64,000 bases of DNA from an uncultured Desulfobacter sp. (GTDB taxonomy: Bacteria > Desulfobacterota > Desulfobacteria > Desulfobacterales > Desulfobacteraceae). Shown here piece by piece: positions 21,341 through 32,458 of the stretch. The notes under the pieces are model-generated. The model made no database searches. It worked only from the letters and a program-made list of their open reading frames with translations, and was not told where the DNA came from. The DNA is taken from assembly GCA_963665095.1 (NCBI GenBank), contig OY762069.1, positions 3,072,001-3,136,000 on the forward strand, given 5' to 3'. Made by a program: the position numbers and the translations under genes. Position 1 is the first letter of the stretch, and each line of letters opens with the position of its first letter.

Positions 21341-23161
21341 TCACACAGACAGCGCATCAAGCAGATCCCGGGCCATTTTCAGGGTGATCCCGGGCAGGGC
21401 TGACAACGTTTCCGGTGTCTGGCCACGGATATTATCCACCCCTTTGAATGTGGTTAAAAGCAGTTTCTTTTTCTTCGGTCCGATACCGGGAATGCCGTCC
21501 AGGGCAGACAGCTTTGAGCGTTTTTCCCTGCGGCTGCGCTGGAAAGTGATGGCAGACCGGTGGGCCTCATCCCTGATTTGTTCAAGCAGAAACAAGGCCT
21601 TGGCCGACTGGGACGTATTCAGAGGATTGGACCGCCCGGGCAGATAGACCTTGTCTGCTTTCTCCCCTTTGTCTGCATCTTTTTTGGCCAGGCCCGCCAG
21701 GGTGAACCGGCCGTCAAGCCCCAGCTCTTTCACCACATTCACAGCCATGGACAACTGTCCCCTGCCGCCGTCCACCACCAGAAGATCAGGCAGGGGCATA
21801 TTTTCCCGGTCATGTTGAAATCTTCGGGAAAGCACATGGGTCATGTAGGCATAGTCATCCTGGTGCTCAATATCCTTTATAATAAACTTTCGATAGGCGC
21901 TTTTATCCGGCCGGCCGTCTGTAAACACCACCATGGCAGCCACAGGGTCCTTGCCCTGAAGATTGGAGTTATCAAAACACTCCATACGCTCCGGCGGCCG
22001 GTCCATACCTAAAAGATGCTGAAGCATTAACAGCCCGGCCCGGGCCTCTTCCTCCCGAAGTAAAATTTTATCAAGTTCGCCCCGGGCATTGAGCCGGGCC
22101 ATTTCAGCAAGCCGCCGCTTTTCTCCGCGCACGGGATAGTGAAACCGCACCCGGTGCCCTGCCATTTCATTCAGCGCCGCTTCCGAGCGTGCCATGTCCT
22201 CAGACGGCTGGCTGAGCAGCACTGAGCCGGGAATCTGGGCTGCCTTTTCATAATACTGCACCACAAAGGCGGCCAGCACCTCCTCAGCATCCTTGAAACC
22301 CAGTTCCAGAGGATAGTAGGCTGTATTAATCAGATAGCCTGAACGCACCTGCATCACGGTGACAACGGCCCGGTCCCGCTCACAGGCCAGGCCCACCACG
22401 TCCCGGTCCTGCCCGTCCGGACAGACCACCACCTGGCGCTCCATGATCCGCTCCACAGCAAAAATGGTGTCCCGCACCTGGGCCGCCTTTTCAAAGGCCT
22501 GGCTTCCGGCATACTCCGCCATTTCCTTTCGCAGTTTTTTCACCACCTCCCCGGTGCGGCCCCGCAGAAACAGCACTGCAGCCCTGACCCTGGACAGATA
22601 TTCCTCCGGATCCACCTCATTGCAGCAAAGGCCCAGGCACGCCTTGATCTGAAAGTTAAGGCAGGGTCGGGACCGGGTTTTAAACTGGGTATCCGTACAT
22701 TTCCTGAGTTTAAAAATTTTCTGGATCTGTTTCAGGGCCTGATTCACACTTTTGGAGGAGGAGTAAGGCCCGAAATAGAGGGCATGATCCTTTTCAATAC
22801 GCCGCACCCGCCGGATGGAGGGATAGGTTTCATTCATGTCAATACGCAGCAGCGGGTAGTTTTTACCATCCTTGAGCAGGACATTGTACTTGGGGGCATG
22901 CTCCTTGATGAGATTGGACTCCAGGATAAAGGCCTCCTGGTCCGACTGGGTTACCACCAGGTCAAAATCAGCTACTAAAGCCAGAAGTGCCGCTGTTTTG
23001 AGCTCGGGCTGGTCCTTTTTCACAAAATAGGAGGAGAGCCTTTTCTTCAGGTCCTTGGCCTTGCCCACATAAAGGATCTTTCCCTTTTTGTCCTTCATCA
23101 GATACACACCGGGATTATGGGGTGCCTGATCGTACTTTTCCTTAATTTTTGCGGTGAACAT
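21341..23161 (-). CDS. uvrC: Excinuclease ABC subunit C
   Basis: GIY-YIG (GVYLM, YVGKAK), ECFDNS, DGGRGQ and HhH motifs. Confidence 0.96.
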   Translation of the reverse strand: MFTAKIKEKYDQAPHNPGVYLMKDKKGKILYVGKAKDLKKRLSSYFVKKDQPELKTAALLALVADFDLVVTQSDQEAFILESNLIKEHAPKYNVLLKDGKNYPLLRIDMNETYPSIRRVRRIEKDHALYFGPYSSSKSVNQALKQIQKIFKLRKCTDTQFKTRSRPCLNFQIKACLGLCCNEVDPEEYLSRVRAAVLFLRGRTGEVVKKLRKEMAEYAGSQAFEKAAQVRDTIFAVERIMERQVVVCPDGQDRDVVGLACERDRAVVTVMQVRSGYLINTAYYPLELGFKDAEEVLAAFVVQYYEKAAQIPGSVLLSQPSEDMARSEAALNEMAGHRVRFHYPVRGEKRRLAEMARLNARGELDKILLREEEARAGLLMLQHLLGMDRPPERMECFDNSNLQGKDPVAAMVVFTDGRPDKSAYRKFIIKDIEHQDDYAYMTHVLSRRFQHDRENMPLPDLLVVDGGRGQLSMAVNVVKELGLDGRFTLAGLAKKDADKGEKADKVYLPGRSNPLNTSQSAKALFLLEQIRDEAHRSAITFQRSRREKRSKLSALDGIPGIGPKKKKLLLTTFKGVDNIRGQTPETLSALPGITLKMARDLLDALSV

Positions 23162-23166
23162 TTCGA

Positions 23167-25167
<2,001 letters not shown>

Positions 25168-25329
25168 ATCTTTTCCTGTACATTATCGATTTTTCGCTTA
25201 TCATTTAACTTAAATCTGTCCGGCACCATAATCAAGGCTGATCAGAAAATTTGAAACCCTTAGGAAAACGTGCAGCTGTTTTCAATGCAGCCCTTTTATA
25301 TCACCATTACACCAGGAGAGCCAAATTTC

Positions 25330-25707
25330 ATGGAACAAAAAAAAGAGACCGTGGCCGTGGTGGGCGCAAGTCCGTTGAAAGACAGATACAGCAACAAGGC
25401 AATGGTCATGCTGGAGGAATATGGGCACACCCCCGTTCCTGTGGCCCCGAAACATGAAACCATTGAAGGCAGATCTGTATTCCATGACCTGACCGATATT
25501 TCCGAACCTGTGGATACCGTGACCATGTACCTTGGCCCTGCCCGCCAGGATAAAGTGATTGATCAGGTGCTTGCGCTCAAACCCCAACGGGTAATTTTCA
25601 ACCCTGGCACTGAAAACCCGGCTGCCTATGAAAAGCTGAAAACAGCAGGTATTGCCATCCAGGAAGCCTGCACCCTGGTACTGCTGAAAACAGGCCAATA
25701 CATATAA
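25330..25707 (+). CDS. CoA-binding protein (YccU-like)
   Basis: VVGAS, DTVTMY, VIFNPG and ACTLV motifs. Confidence 0.85.
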   Translation: MEQKKETVAVVGASPLKDRYSNKAMVMLEEYGHTPVPVAPKHETIEGRSVFHDLTDISEPVDTVTMYLGPARQDKVIDQVLALKPQRVIFNPGTENPAAYEKLKTAGIAIQEACTLVLLKTGQYI

Positions 25708-25837
25708 AATCCGACATCAAACTATAATATTCAGCAAGCCCCCGGAGCAGATATCCTGGGTGGATTTTTACTGCGATTCTGATACAATTGCGCCTTAATT
25801 ATTCAATCATAATTTTTTAAATTAATGGGACTTCCAC

Positions 25838-26704
25838 ATGGACGCTTATTCAGATATTGTTAAAAAAGTGCTGACCCAGGGCCGGGTAAAGGAGAACCGC
25901 ACCGGCGTCAACACCATTGCCATTCCCGGCGCCATGTTTGAGCACGACATGGCCGAAGGGTTTCCCCTGCTGACCACCAAATTCGTACCCTTTGCCCTTG
26001 TGGCCAGTGAGCTGGAATTTTTCATCAAAGGCATCACAGATAAAACCTGGCTCCAGGAACGGAACAACCATATCTGGGACGAGTGGTGCTCCCCTGCCAA
26101 AGTGCCTTACGGCCATGATGAAGAGACCCAGAAAAGAATGATGGAGCAAAGGGAACTCGGCCCCATTTACGGATTCCAGTGGCGCCATTTCGGTGCTTCA
26201 TACAAGGCCTGGGATACCCCCCCGTCACCATCAGGCGTAGACCAGCTTTCCACCCTGGTAAAAACCCTGAAAACCCGTCCGGATGACCGGCGGATGATTG
26301 TCTCTGCCTGGAATCCCATGGATCTTGACAAGATGGCCCTGCCGCCCTGCCACTACGGTTTTCAGGTGACAGTCATTGACGACCGCCTGAATCTTTTATG
26401 GAACCAGAGGTCTGTGGACACCGCTTTAGGCCTTCCTTTCAACATTGCAAGCTACGGGCTGCTCTTGTGCCTGCTGGCCCTTGAATCCGGATTCAAACCG
26501 GGCAAACTGGTGGGATTTTTAGGAGATACCCATATTTATGAAAACCATGTGGCAGGACTTAAAACCCAGCTGGAAAGAGCGCCCTTCCCTTTGCCGGCCA
26601 TAGAAACAGAGGCTTTTACCTCCATATTTGACTGGCAGTACCAGGACACAAAGCTGAACCAGTACCGGCACCACCCGGCAATCCGGTTTGACATTGCCGT
26701 TTAA
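25838..26704 (+). CDS. thyA: Thymidylate synthase
   Basis: FPLLTTK, LGPIYGFQWR, LPPCH, QRSVD and HIYENH motifs. Confidence 0.95.
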   Translation: MDAYSDIVKKVLTQGRVKENRTGVNTIAIPGAMFEHDMAEGFPLLTTKFVPFALVASELEFFIKGITDKTWLQERNNHIWDEWCSPAKVPYGHDEETQKRMMEQRELGPIYGFQWRHFGASYKAWDTPPSPSGVDQLSTLVKTLKTRPDDRRMIVSAWNPMDLDKMALPPCHYGFQVTVIDDRLNLLWNQRSVDTALGLPFNIASYGLLLCLLALESGFKPGKLVGFLGDTHIYENHVAGLKTQLERAPFPLPAIETEAFTSIFDWQYQDTKLNQYRHHPAIRFDIAV

Positions 26705-26847
26705 CCGCTGCGAATTTCTCACAGCATGTCAAAATTGAGACAAGAGGTCTTCTGTCATGATCATCCCCGGTTTGTTAAGGGCCATATCCAGTCTCTGCTC
26801 CAGTCTCTGGCAGGCAGGCCCCTGAGAGTCCGTCCGGCAAATACCAT

Positions 26848-28050
26848 TCAGGCCATGTCCGGCTCAATCCCCCGGATGAACTCACGCACAAATGAATACG
26901 AGATACGCTCCTGCTCCAGCCTCAGATTCTGAGCGTATTTATTCCGACAAAGGGCATCATAGACCTTTGCCTCATCAGCTGTTAACATTGACAGGTCCCG
27001 GCTCGCGGGTGAGGGCTCTCTCCCCCAGAATACCTTATGGGCCAGGAGCGTGGCCTCGTCCATAAGAAAGGAACGGACCCCGGGGAAGTAATGACGGATC
27101 CGGTCCAGCATGGCAAATCCATGGGTGTCCAGATCCCCCCAGTACCAGACCACCGGTAGAGACTTGATCCAGGGCACATGGGCAAGAACAGAGAGTCCGT
27201 ATCCAAGGCCAATGATCACCACTGCCTTTGGAAAAGGGGGAAAAGCAAGCCCGGTGATTTCGTTCTCCACCACAAAAACAGTATCTGGTTTAAAATTCAG
27301 ATCCCGGAACTGGTCTTCAGGCACCTCCAGGTCGGTCAGGCCCGTGATGGCAAGGGCGGGATCCAAAATTCGGAAACGAATCCGGGCTGGCTTGGGGCTG
27401 AACCCAAAGCGATATTCAAATGCATTTTTTCCCCTGGCATCCTCATTGACGGCATCCGGTGGCAGCACTGCAGTCAACAGCCGGGTTAAGATATCCCTGT
27501 GAGTCTCCATGAATTTGGTGTCTACCCCCGGGATCTCCAGCTGTCGAAGATAAATTCCGGGCATCGGGTGGGCTTTAACCCAGGAGACAACCGCCAGAAG
27601 TTTCTCCCATTCCGGTCCGTGGGCAAGGACCAGCATGGGCCGTTTCAGCAAGGGGGCTTTAAGTTCCGGAAACCGCCCTGTAATCTTATGAAAGGATGTT
27701 TGAAACTGCTTTGCTTCCGCTTTTTTCCCAAGATAGGAAATCACATCCTCCAGGGTATTGAAAACCACAGCTTTGGGAATTCTATTTTTCCCCAGAACCC
27801 GGTGATTCATTTCCTGCCACTCAATGGTGAATCCCGGTTTATCTTCCCCGGCACCATGGCGGACCAGGTTGGCCACCCACTCCCGGGCCGCATCAAACAT
27901 AGAACTAAGTTCTCCGGCATTGGGCCGCTTCAGTGGTATACGAACCGGATCAAAGGGGCCGGAGTCAACTGTCCTGGCAAGGAACTCTCCTTTGTCCCAC
28001 TTTTTTTCAAGCTTCTGCTGAATATCTTTGTGACGGGTCCAGGGTTTCAT
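26848..28050 (-). CDS. jetD: Wadjet nuclease subunit JetD (DUF3322 + DUF2220 TOPRIM)
   Basis: YLRQLEIPGVDTKF, VVENE (TOPRIM Glu), YWGDLDTHG (DxD) and RLEQERI motifs. Confidence 0.9.
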   Translation of the reverse strand: MKPWTRHKDIQQKLEKKWDKGEFLARTVDSGPFDPVRIPLKRPNAGELSSMFDAAREWVANLVRHGAGEDKPGFTIEWQEMNHRVLGKNRIPKAVVFNTLEDVISYLGKKAEAKQFQTSFHKITGRFPELKAPLLKRPMLVLAHGPEWEKLLAVVSWVKAHPMPGIYLRQLEIPGVDTKFMETHRDILTRLLTAVLPPDAVNEDARGKNAFEYRFGFSPKPARIRFRILDPALAITGLTDLEVPEDQFRDLNFKPDTVFVVENEITGLAFPPFPKAVVIIGLGYGLSVLAHVPWIKSLPVVWYWGDLDTHGFAMLDRIRHYFPGVRSFLMDEATLLAHKVFWGREPSPASRDLSMLTADEAKVYDALCRNKYAQNLRLEQERISYSFVREFIRGIEPDMA

Positions 28051-28243
28051 GAATTTTTTGTTATTGCCTCTATTCCTGCTTATTCATCTGGGGCAGCCCT
28101 ACCTTCTGTCCGGACTGCAGGCCAGACAGGCCTGCACTTGACATAGCGTTCAATGATGTGTTTTTTTACGGCAGCGTAACGAAACTCACATACCTGTGGA
28201 GTACCGCATCGGCTGATCCGGACACCCGGGCGGAGATGCCGCT

Positions 28244-28897
28244 TTATTCACTCATTTTTTTCTGCCCATAGGTCTTGAACTTTTCAAGCACGGTTTCCAT
28301 CTCCTGGTCCGGCAGGATGACAGGATTTCCAATACTCTTGGTCTGATAATATATCCGCGCGACAAATTCGATCTCTTCGGCAGCCGCAAAGGCCGCATCC
28401 ATGTTTCGGCCAACAGTCACAAGCCCGTGGTTGGCAAGCAGCAGGGCGTTGTACTCTCCGATGTGTTCAGCCACAATGTCAGCCAGTTCCGGCGTACCAA
28501 ACGTGGCGTAGGGCGCCAGGGGTACTTTTTTCCCTGAAAAGCCCACAAGATAGTGAACGGCCGGTATCTCCCACCCCAGGCAGGCCATGGTGGTCGCATA
28601 GGGGGAGTGGGTGTGGACAACCGCCTGCACATCCTTGCGCTGCCGGTAAATAGCCAGATGAAACCCAAGCTCACTGGAGGGCCGGCACGAGCCATCCATA
28701 ATGTTTCCATCCATATCGGTGAGGACAACATCCCGGGGCTGCAATGCCGAGTACTCAATCCCGCTCGGGCTGACAGCCACTTTTCCCAGATTTCGGTCAA
28801 TGACGCTCAGATTCCCCCCGGTACCTGTAGTCAGACCGGATTCCACCATTTTAAGCCCAAAGCGCACAACAGTTTCTCTTTCATTTCCCAACTCCAT
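28244..28897 (-). CDS. Class II aldolase, L-fuculose-phosphate aldolase-like
   Basis: GGNLS, PSSE, HTHS and NHG motifs; GGAGGT RBS before ATG 28897. Confidence 0.85.
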   Translation of the reverse strand: MELGNERETVVRFGLKMVESGLTTGTGGNLSVIDRNLGKVAVSPSGIEYSALQPRDVVLTDMDGNIMDGSCRPSSELGFHLAIYRQRKDVQAVVHTHSPYATTMACLGWEIPAVHYLVGFSGKKVPLAPYATFGTPELADIVAEHIGEYNALLLANHGLVTVGRNMDAAFAAAEEIEFVARIYYQTKSIGNPVILPDQEMETVLEKFKTYGQKKMSE

Positions 28898-29319
28898 AAC
28901 CACCTCCATAAAAACGGGATTCTGTCCTTTTATATCGATATAATGGACATCATTTTGAGTCAAGCCAATACCCGGATAAAACAGGGTCTCCGCATTTATA
29001 ATCCGGCACGATTTTGGGGTACCGTTTGTAAATTCAATAAAGTATATGCCTTCTTTGACGGGATAGAGGCGGAGCACAAGATGTTGTGCCCGGTACAGCT
29101 TTTTGAAAAGCGAGCTTTTATAGACTTCTGTCGCTCATTACCTAAATCAAAAATCCGAAAAACCGAGTAGTACCAGGGCGTTTAATATTAATAATAGTCT
29201 GGGGGGTAAATTTTATTCTGAGAACATGTCGATATTGATATAGTCTTCGGTGAAAATTTAAAATTCACTCTATACGATGCTGTTTTTGAAAAAAACTGAG
29301 CGAGCATAGATACCGTAAA

Positions 29320-30855
29320 TCACCCCTTGGAGAGTTTTTGTTTCTGCATATGGGTCTTTCTGACAGATTCTGAAATATTAAGGATCTCTTTTGCGATAAA
29401 TTTTTGGGGTTTATCATGAAATTCTTCAGAAACAAGGGTTGTATAATTCCACTTCAATGATTCAGCCGTTGGAAGGCTGTTTCGATGCTTTGATATAATG
29501 CGTTTTAAATCTTCATAAAAATTGGATTGGGTTTGAATATTTTCTTTGTTATTCATTTTCAATGTAATCTCATCCAAAATCTGAACCTCTTCATCACATC
29601 CTATCTCAATTCGCCGGTCTACATATTTTAAAAACTCCCTGATATTCCCCGGCCAGCGGTATTTTTGAAACAGCGGCAGATTTTTTTTGAAGTAGTCTTC
29701 AACTTCATGGCGTTGTGAAATTGGATACTGATTTCCTAACAGGTCTGTTTTTTTGTAATTGTGGTTGTATACAATTGACATCATATCCCCTGTCATGTTC
29801 CTTAACGCAGGAATTTCCAGGCGAACCCCTTCTATTCGATACAGCAAATCCTTTCTTACATTTTTTTCTAATAATTCCGGCTGCCCTGCAGCGATGATTC
29901 TTATATCTGATTTCATCTTGATGGGCTCATCAGCCCCTAAAGGAAGAATCAGACCATCTTCCAGAAATCTGAGAAGCATGGCCTGGCCCTTTGGGGGCAT
30001 CTCAGGCAGTTCATCAAGAAAAAGGGTTCCTCCCCCAAGGTTTTTAATTCTGCCGTCCCTTTGTTTTTCGGCGCCTGTAAATGCGCCCCGGGCATGACCA
30101 AAAAGTTCCGATACCAGTGCGGATTCTGTAAACAGGGAGCAGTTAATTGCCATAAATTTTTTTTCTCTTCTATGGCTTAAATCGTGGATGAAAAAGGCGG
30201 CCCCTTCTTTGCCAGACCCTGTTTCGCCGCTTATAAGGACATTCAGCGTTGTCGGGGCAACCTGATGTATCCTTTTTTTCAATTTTTTCATCTCCCGGGA
30301 AAACCCTTCAATCCCAGGCCGTCGGCTCTTAAAATATTCAGGCACCTGGATCGGTCTGCGTTCATCCACACAGATTTTTATGGCCTTTTTTAACTGCCCT
30401 GCATCAAAGACGACATCTGTCTGGGTGTTCTTTCCGAAAAAAGCCCTGGCGATACAGTATTGAATTTGAATCCTTTTTTTTTCATCACTGTTATGCCTGG
30501 GTAAAAGGTGAAAATTTATGTTCAACAAAGATGATTTTCCCATGGCCTGCTGGAATTTTTGAGACTTGTGTCCGTCATCTGTTAAAAACCACGAAATTTT
30601 AAGGCCGTGAAATTTATTCCGCAAATTCTCCAGCGCTGTTTTTAACTCTTTATATTCGACTTCGTTAATATGAGGAACGCATATATTTAATGAACTTAAC
30701 TTGTCCTGGCGGCTGCATTTTTGAAGGTGCTCCAAAAGCATGCTTCTTCCAGACGCAAGGACTTCGCTCTTTTCCTCAATCAAGGTGTTCGCCTGTTCTG
30801 TTTGGGCTATCATCTCAATGTATGACACATCAGGCCAGAGAAGACTTATTTTCAT
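29320..30855 (-). CDS. Sigma-54 enhancer-binding protein with unrecognised N-terminal domain
   Basis: GETGSGKE, ELFGHARGAFTGA, LFLDE and WPGNIRE motifs; the ~170 aa N-terminus is not REC, GAF or PAS. Confidence 0.9.
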   Translation of the reverse strand: MKISLLWPDVSYIEMIAQTEQANTLIEEKSEVLASGRSMLLEHLQKCSRQDKLSSLNICVPHINEVEYKELKTALENLRNKFHGLKISWFLTDDGHKSQKFQQAMGKSSLLNINFHLLPRHNSDEKKRIQIQYCIARAFFGKNTQTDVVFDAGQLKKAIKICVDERRPIQVPEYFKSRRPGIEGFSREMKKLKKRIHQVAPTTLNVLISGETGSGKEGAAFFIHDLSHRREKKFMAINCSLFTESALVSELFGHARGAFTGAEKQRDGRIKNLGGGTLFLDELPEMPPKGQAMLLRFLEDGLILPLGADEPIKMKSDIRIIAAGQPELLEKNVRKDLLYRIEGVRLEIPALRNMTGDMMSIVYNHNYKKTDLLGNQYPISQRHEVEDYFKKNLPLFQKYRWPGNIREFLKYVDRRIEIGCDEEVQILDEITLKMNNKENIQTQSNFYEDLKRIISKHRNSLPTAESLKWNYTTLVSEEFHDKPQKFIAKEILNISESVRKTHMQKQKLSKG

Positions 30856-31002
30856 TTAGCTCTCAATTCATTTTCAATGATAAAATATTTTTATATTAGA
30901 TATAAATTATTTATACATCAAACTCTTTACTAAATTCAATCAAAAAACACGGCACCACAAATAAGCGCATTTAATTCAGCCTGTTAAACATCAAAATCAA
31001 AC

Positions 31003-31020
31003 CTGGCACTATTCTTGATA
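31003..31020 (+). promoter_or_regulatory. Sigma-54 -24/-12 promoter for the dnaB operon
   Basis: CTGGCACTATTCTTGATA = TGGCAC-N5-TTGA, one mismatch to TTGC. It lies ~50 bp before the dnaB ATG and is divergent from the bEBP gene. Confidence 0.7.
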
Positions 31021-31068
31021 TAAGTCTTTTCCAGTTTCCAACTAAACCAGAGCGACAGGAATAAGAAT

Positions 31069-32445
31069 ATGGCTAAATTGACCGAAAAAAATCCATTGTT
31101 TATCAAGACGCCTCCCCATGACACCGAAGCAGAAGCAGCCCTGCTTAGTGCCATCTTTATCAATAATGAGAATATTCTTGAAACCGCTGAAATACTTGGG
31201 GCTGATGACTTTTATAAAGGGGCGCACAAAAAAATTTTCAAAGCCATTATGGATCTTTTTGAAAAAGATGAACCCGCAGATCTTGTGACGGTGGCAAACC
31301 GCCTCAAAGAGATGGACGCACTGGACAGTTCAGGCGGGGCAGCATTTCTTGCGGCAATTTCAGATTCAGCGCCGGTGGCCGTCAATGCGGTTCATTATGC
31401 AGAAATTATTAAAGGGAAATCCATTTTAAGACAACTGATCAACACAACCTGCCAGATTATGGAAAAAAGTCTGAATGAATCCGGGAATTATAAAGAAGTC
31501 CTCGATTTTGCCCAGAGTTCCATTCTCAAAACGTGTGAAACCAAATCAAATCGTACATTTTCCAAGCTTGATAAACTGGTCGGCCTGAATATTGATACAC
31601 TGGAAGAGCAACAAGGCAAGGCCGGCAGCCTTATTGGCCTTACCACCGGATATCGTTTTATAAACAAGATCACATCCGGGTTACAAAAATCTGATTTAAT
31701 AATCATTGCAGCAAGGCCAAGCATGGGGAAAACAGCTTTTGCATTGAATATCGCAAGAAATGTTGCCCTTGAAGAAAACGTTCCTGTGGCAGTTTACTCC
31801 CTTGAGATGTCCAAAGAGCAGCTTTCCATGCGCCTGCTCACTTCCGAGGCTAGAATCAATTCATCCCGGCTCAGGACCGGTGTGATGTCACAGGACGAGT
31901 GGGTGAATATTTCTGATGCTGCCGGGGTTCTATGCGATCTGCCTATCTTTATAGACGATACCCCCAATATTTCCGCCATGGAAGTTAAATCAAAAACACG
32001 AAAGCTCAAAAACAAACATGGCCTTGGTCTGGTTATCATTGATTATCTTCAGCTGATGGCACCGTCTTCTCAAATAAAAAAAGCCAATCGCAGGGACCTT
32101 GAAATTGCGGAAATATCCAGTGCATTAAAAGGCCTTGCAAAGGAGTTGAACATTCCTGTCATTGCATTGTCCCAGCTTAACCGGATGCTTGAGCAGCGTT
32201 CGGATAAGCGCCCGATGCTTTCAGATCTTCGTGAATCCGGTTCCCTGGAACAGGACGCCGACATTGTGGCGTTTATTTATCGGGATGAGGTGTACAACAA
32301 AGAGCCGGACAATCCTAAAAAGGGGACAGCGGAGATCATCATCGCCAAAAACAGAAATGGCGCTACAGGGACAGCCCATATGAGTTTTTTAGGGCAATAT
32401 ACGCGATTTGAAGATCTGATTCAGCAGCCTGAAATATTTCAATAA
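31069..32445 (+). CDS. dnaB: Replicative DNA helicase DnaB, probably an extra island-borne copy
   Basis: PPHDTEAE N-domain; AARPSMGKT, IIDYLQL, SQLNR, DLRESGSLEQDAD and KNRNG all intact. Confidence 0.93.
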   Translation: MAKLTEKNPLFIKTPPHDTEAEAALLSAIFINNENILETAEILGADDFYKGAHKKIFKAIMDLFEKDEPADLVTVANRLKEMDALDSSGGAAFLAAISDSAPVAVNAVHYAEIIKGKSILRQLINTTCQIMEKSLNESGNYKEVLDFAQSSILKTCETKSNRTFSKLDKLVGLNIDTLEEQQGKAGSLIGLTTGYRFINKITSGLQKSDLIIIAARPSMGKTAFALNIARNVALEENVPVAVYSLEMSKEQLSMRLLTSEARINSSRLRTGVMSQDEWVNISDAAGVLCDLPIFIDDTPNISAMEVKSKTRKLKNKHGLGLVIIDYLQLMAPSSQIKKANRRDLEIAEISSALKGLAKELNIPVIALSQLNRMLEQRSDKRPMLSDLRESGSLEQDADIVAFIYRDEVYNKEPDNPKKGTAEIIIAKNRNGATGTAHMSFLGQYTRFEDLIQQPEIFQ

Positions 32446-32458
32446 AAAGGAGGATCAA

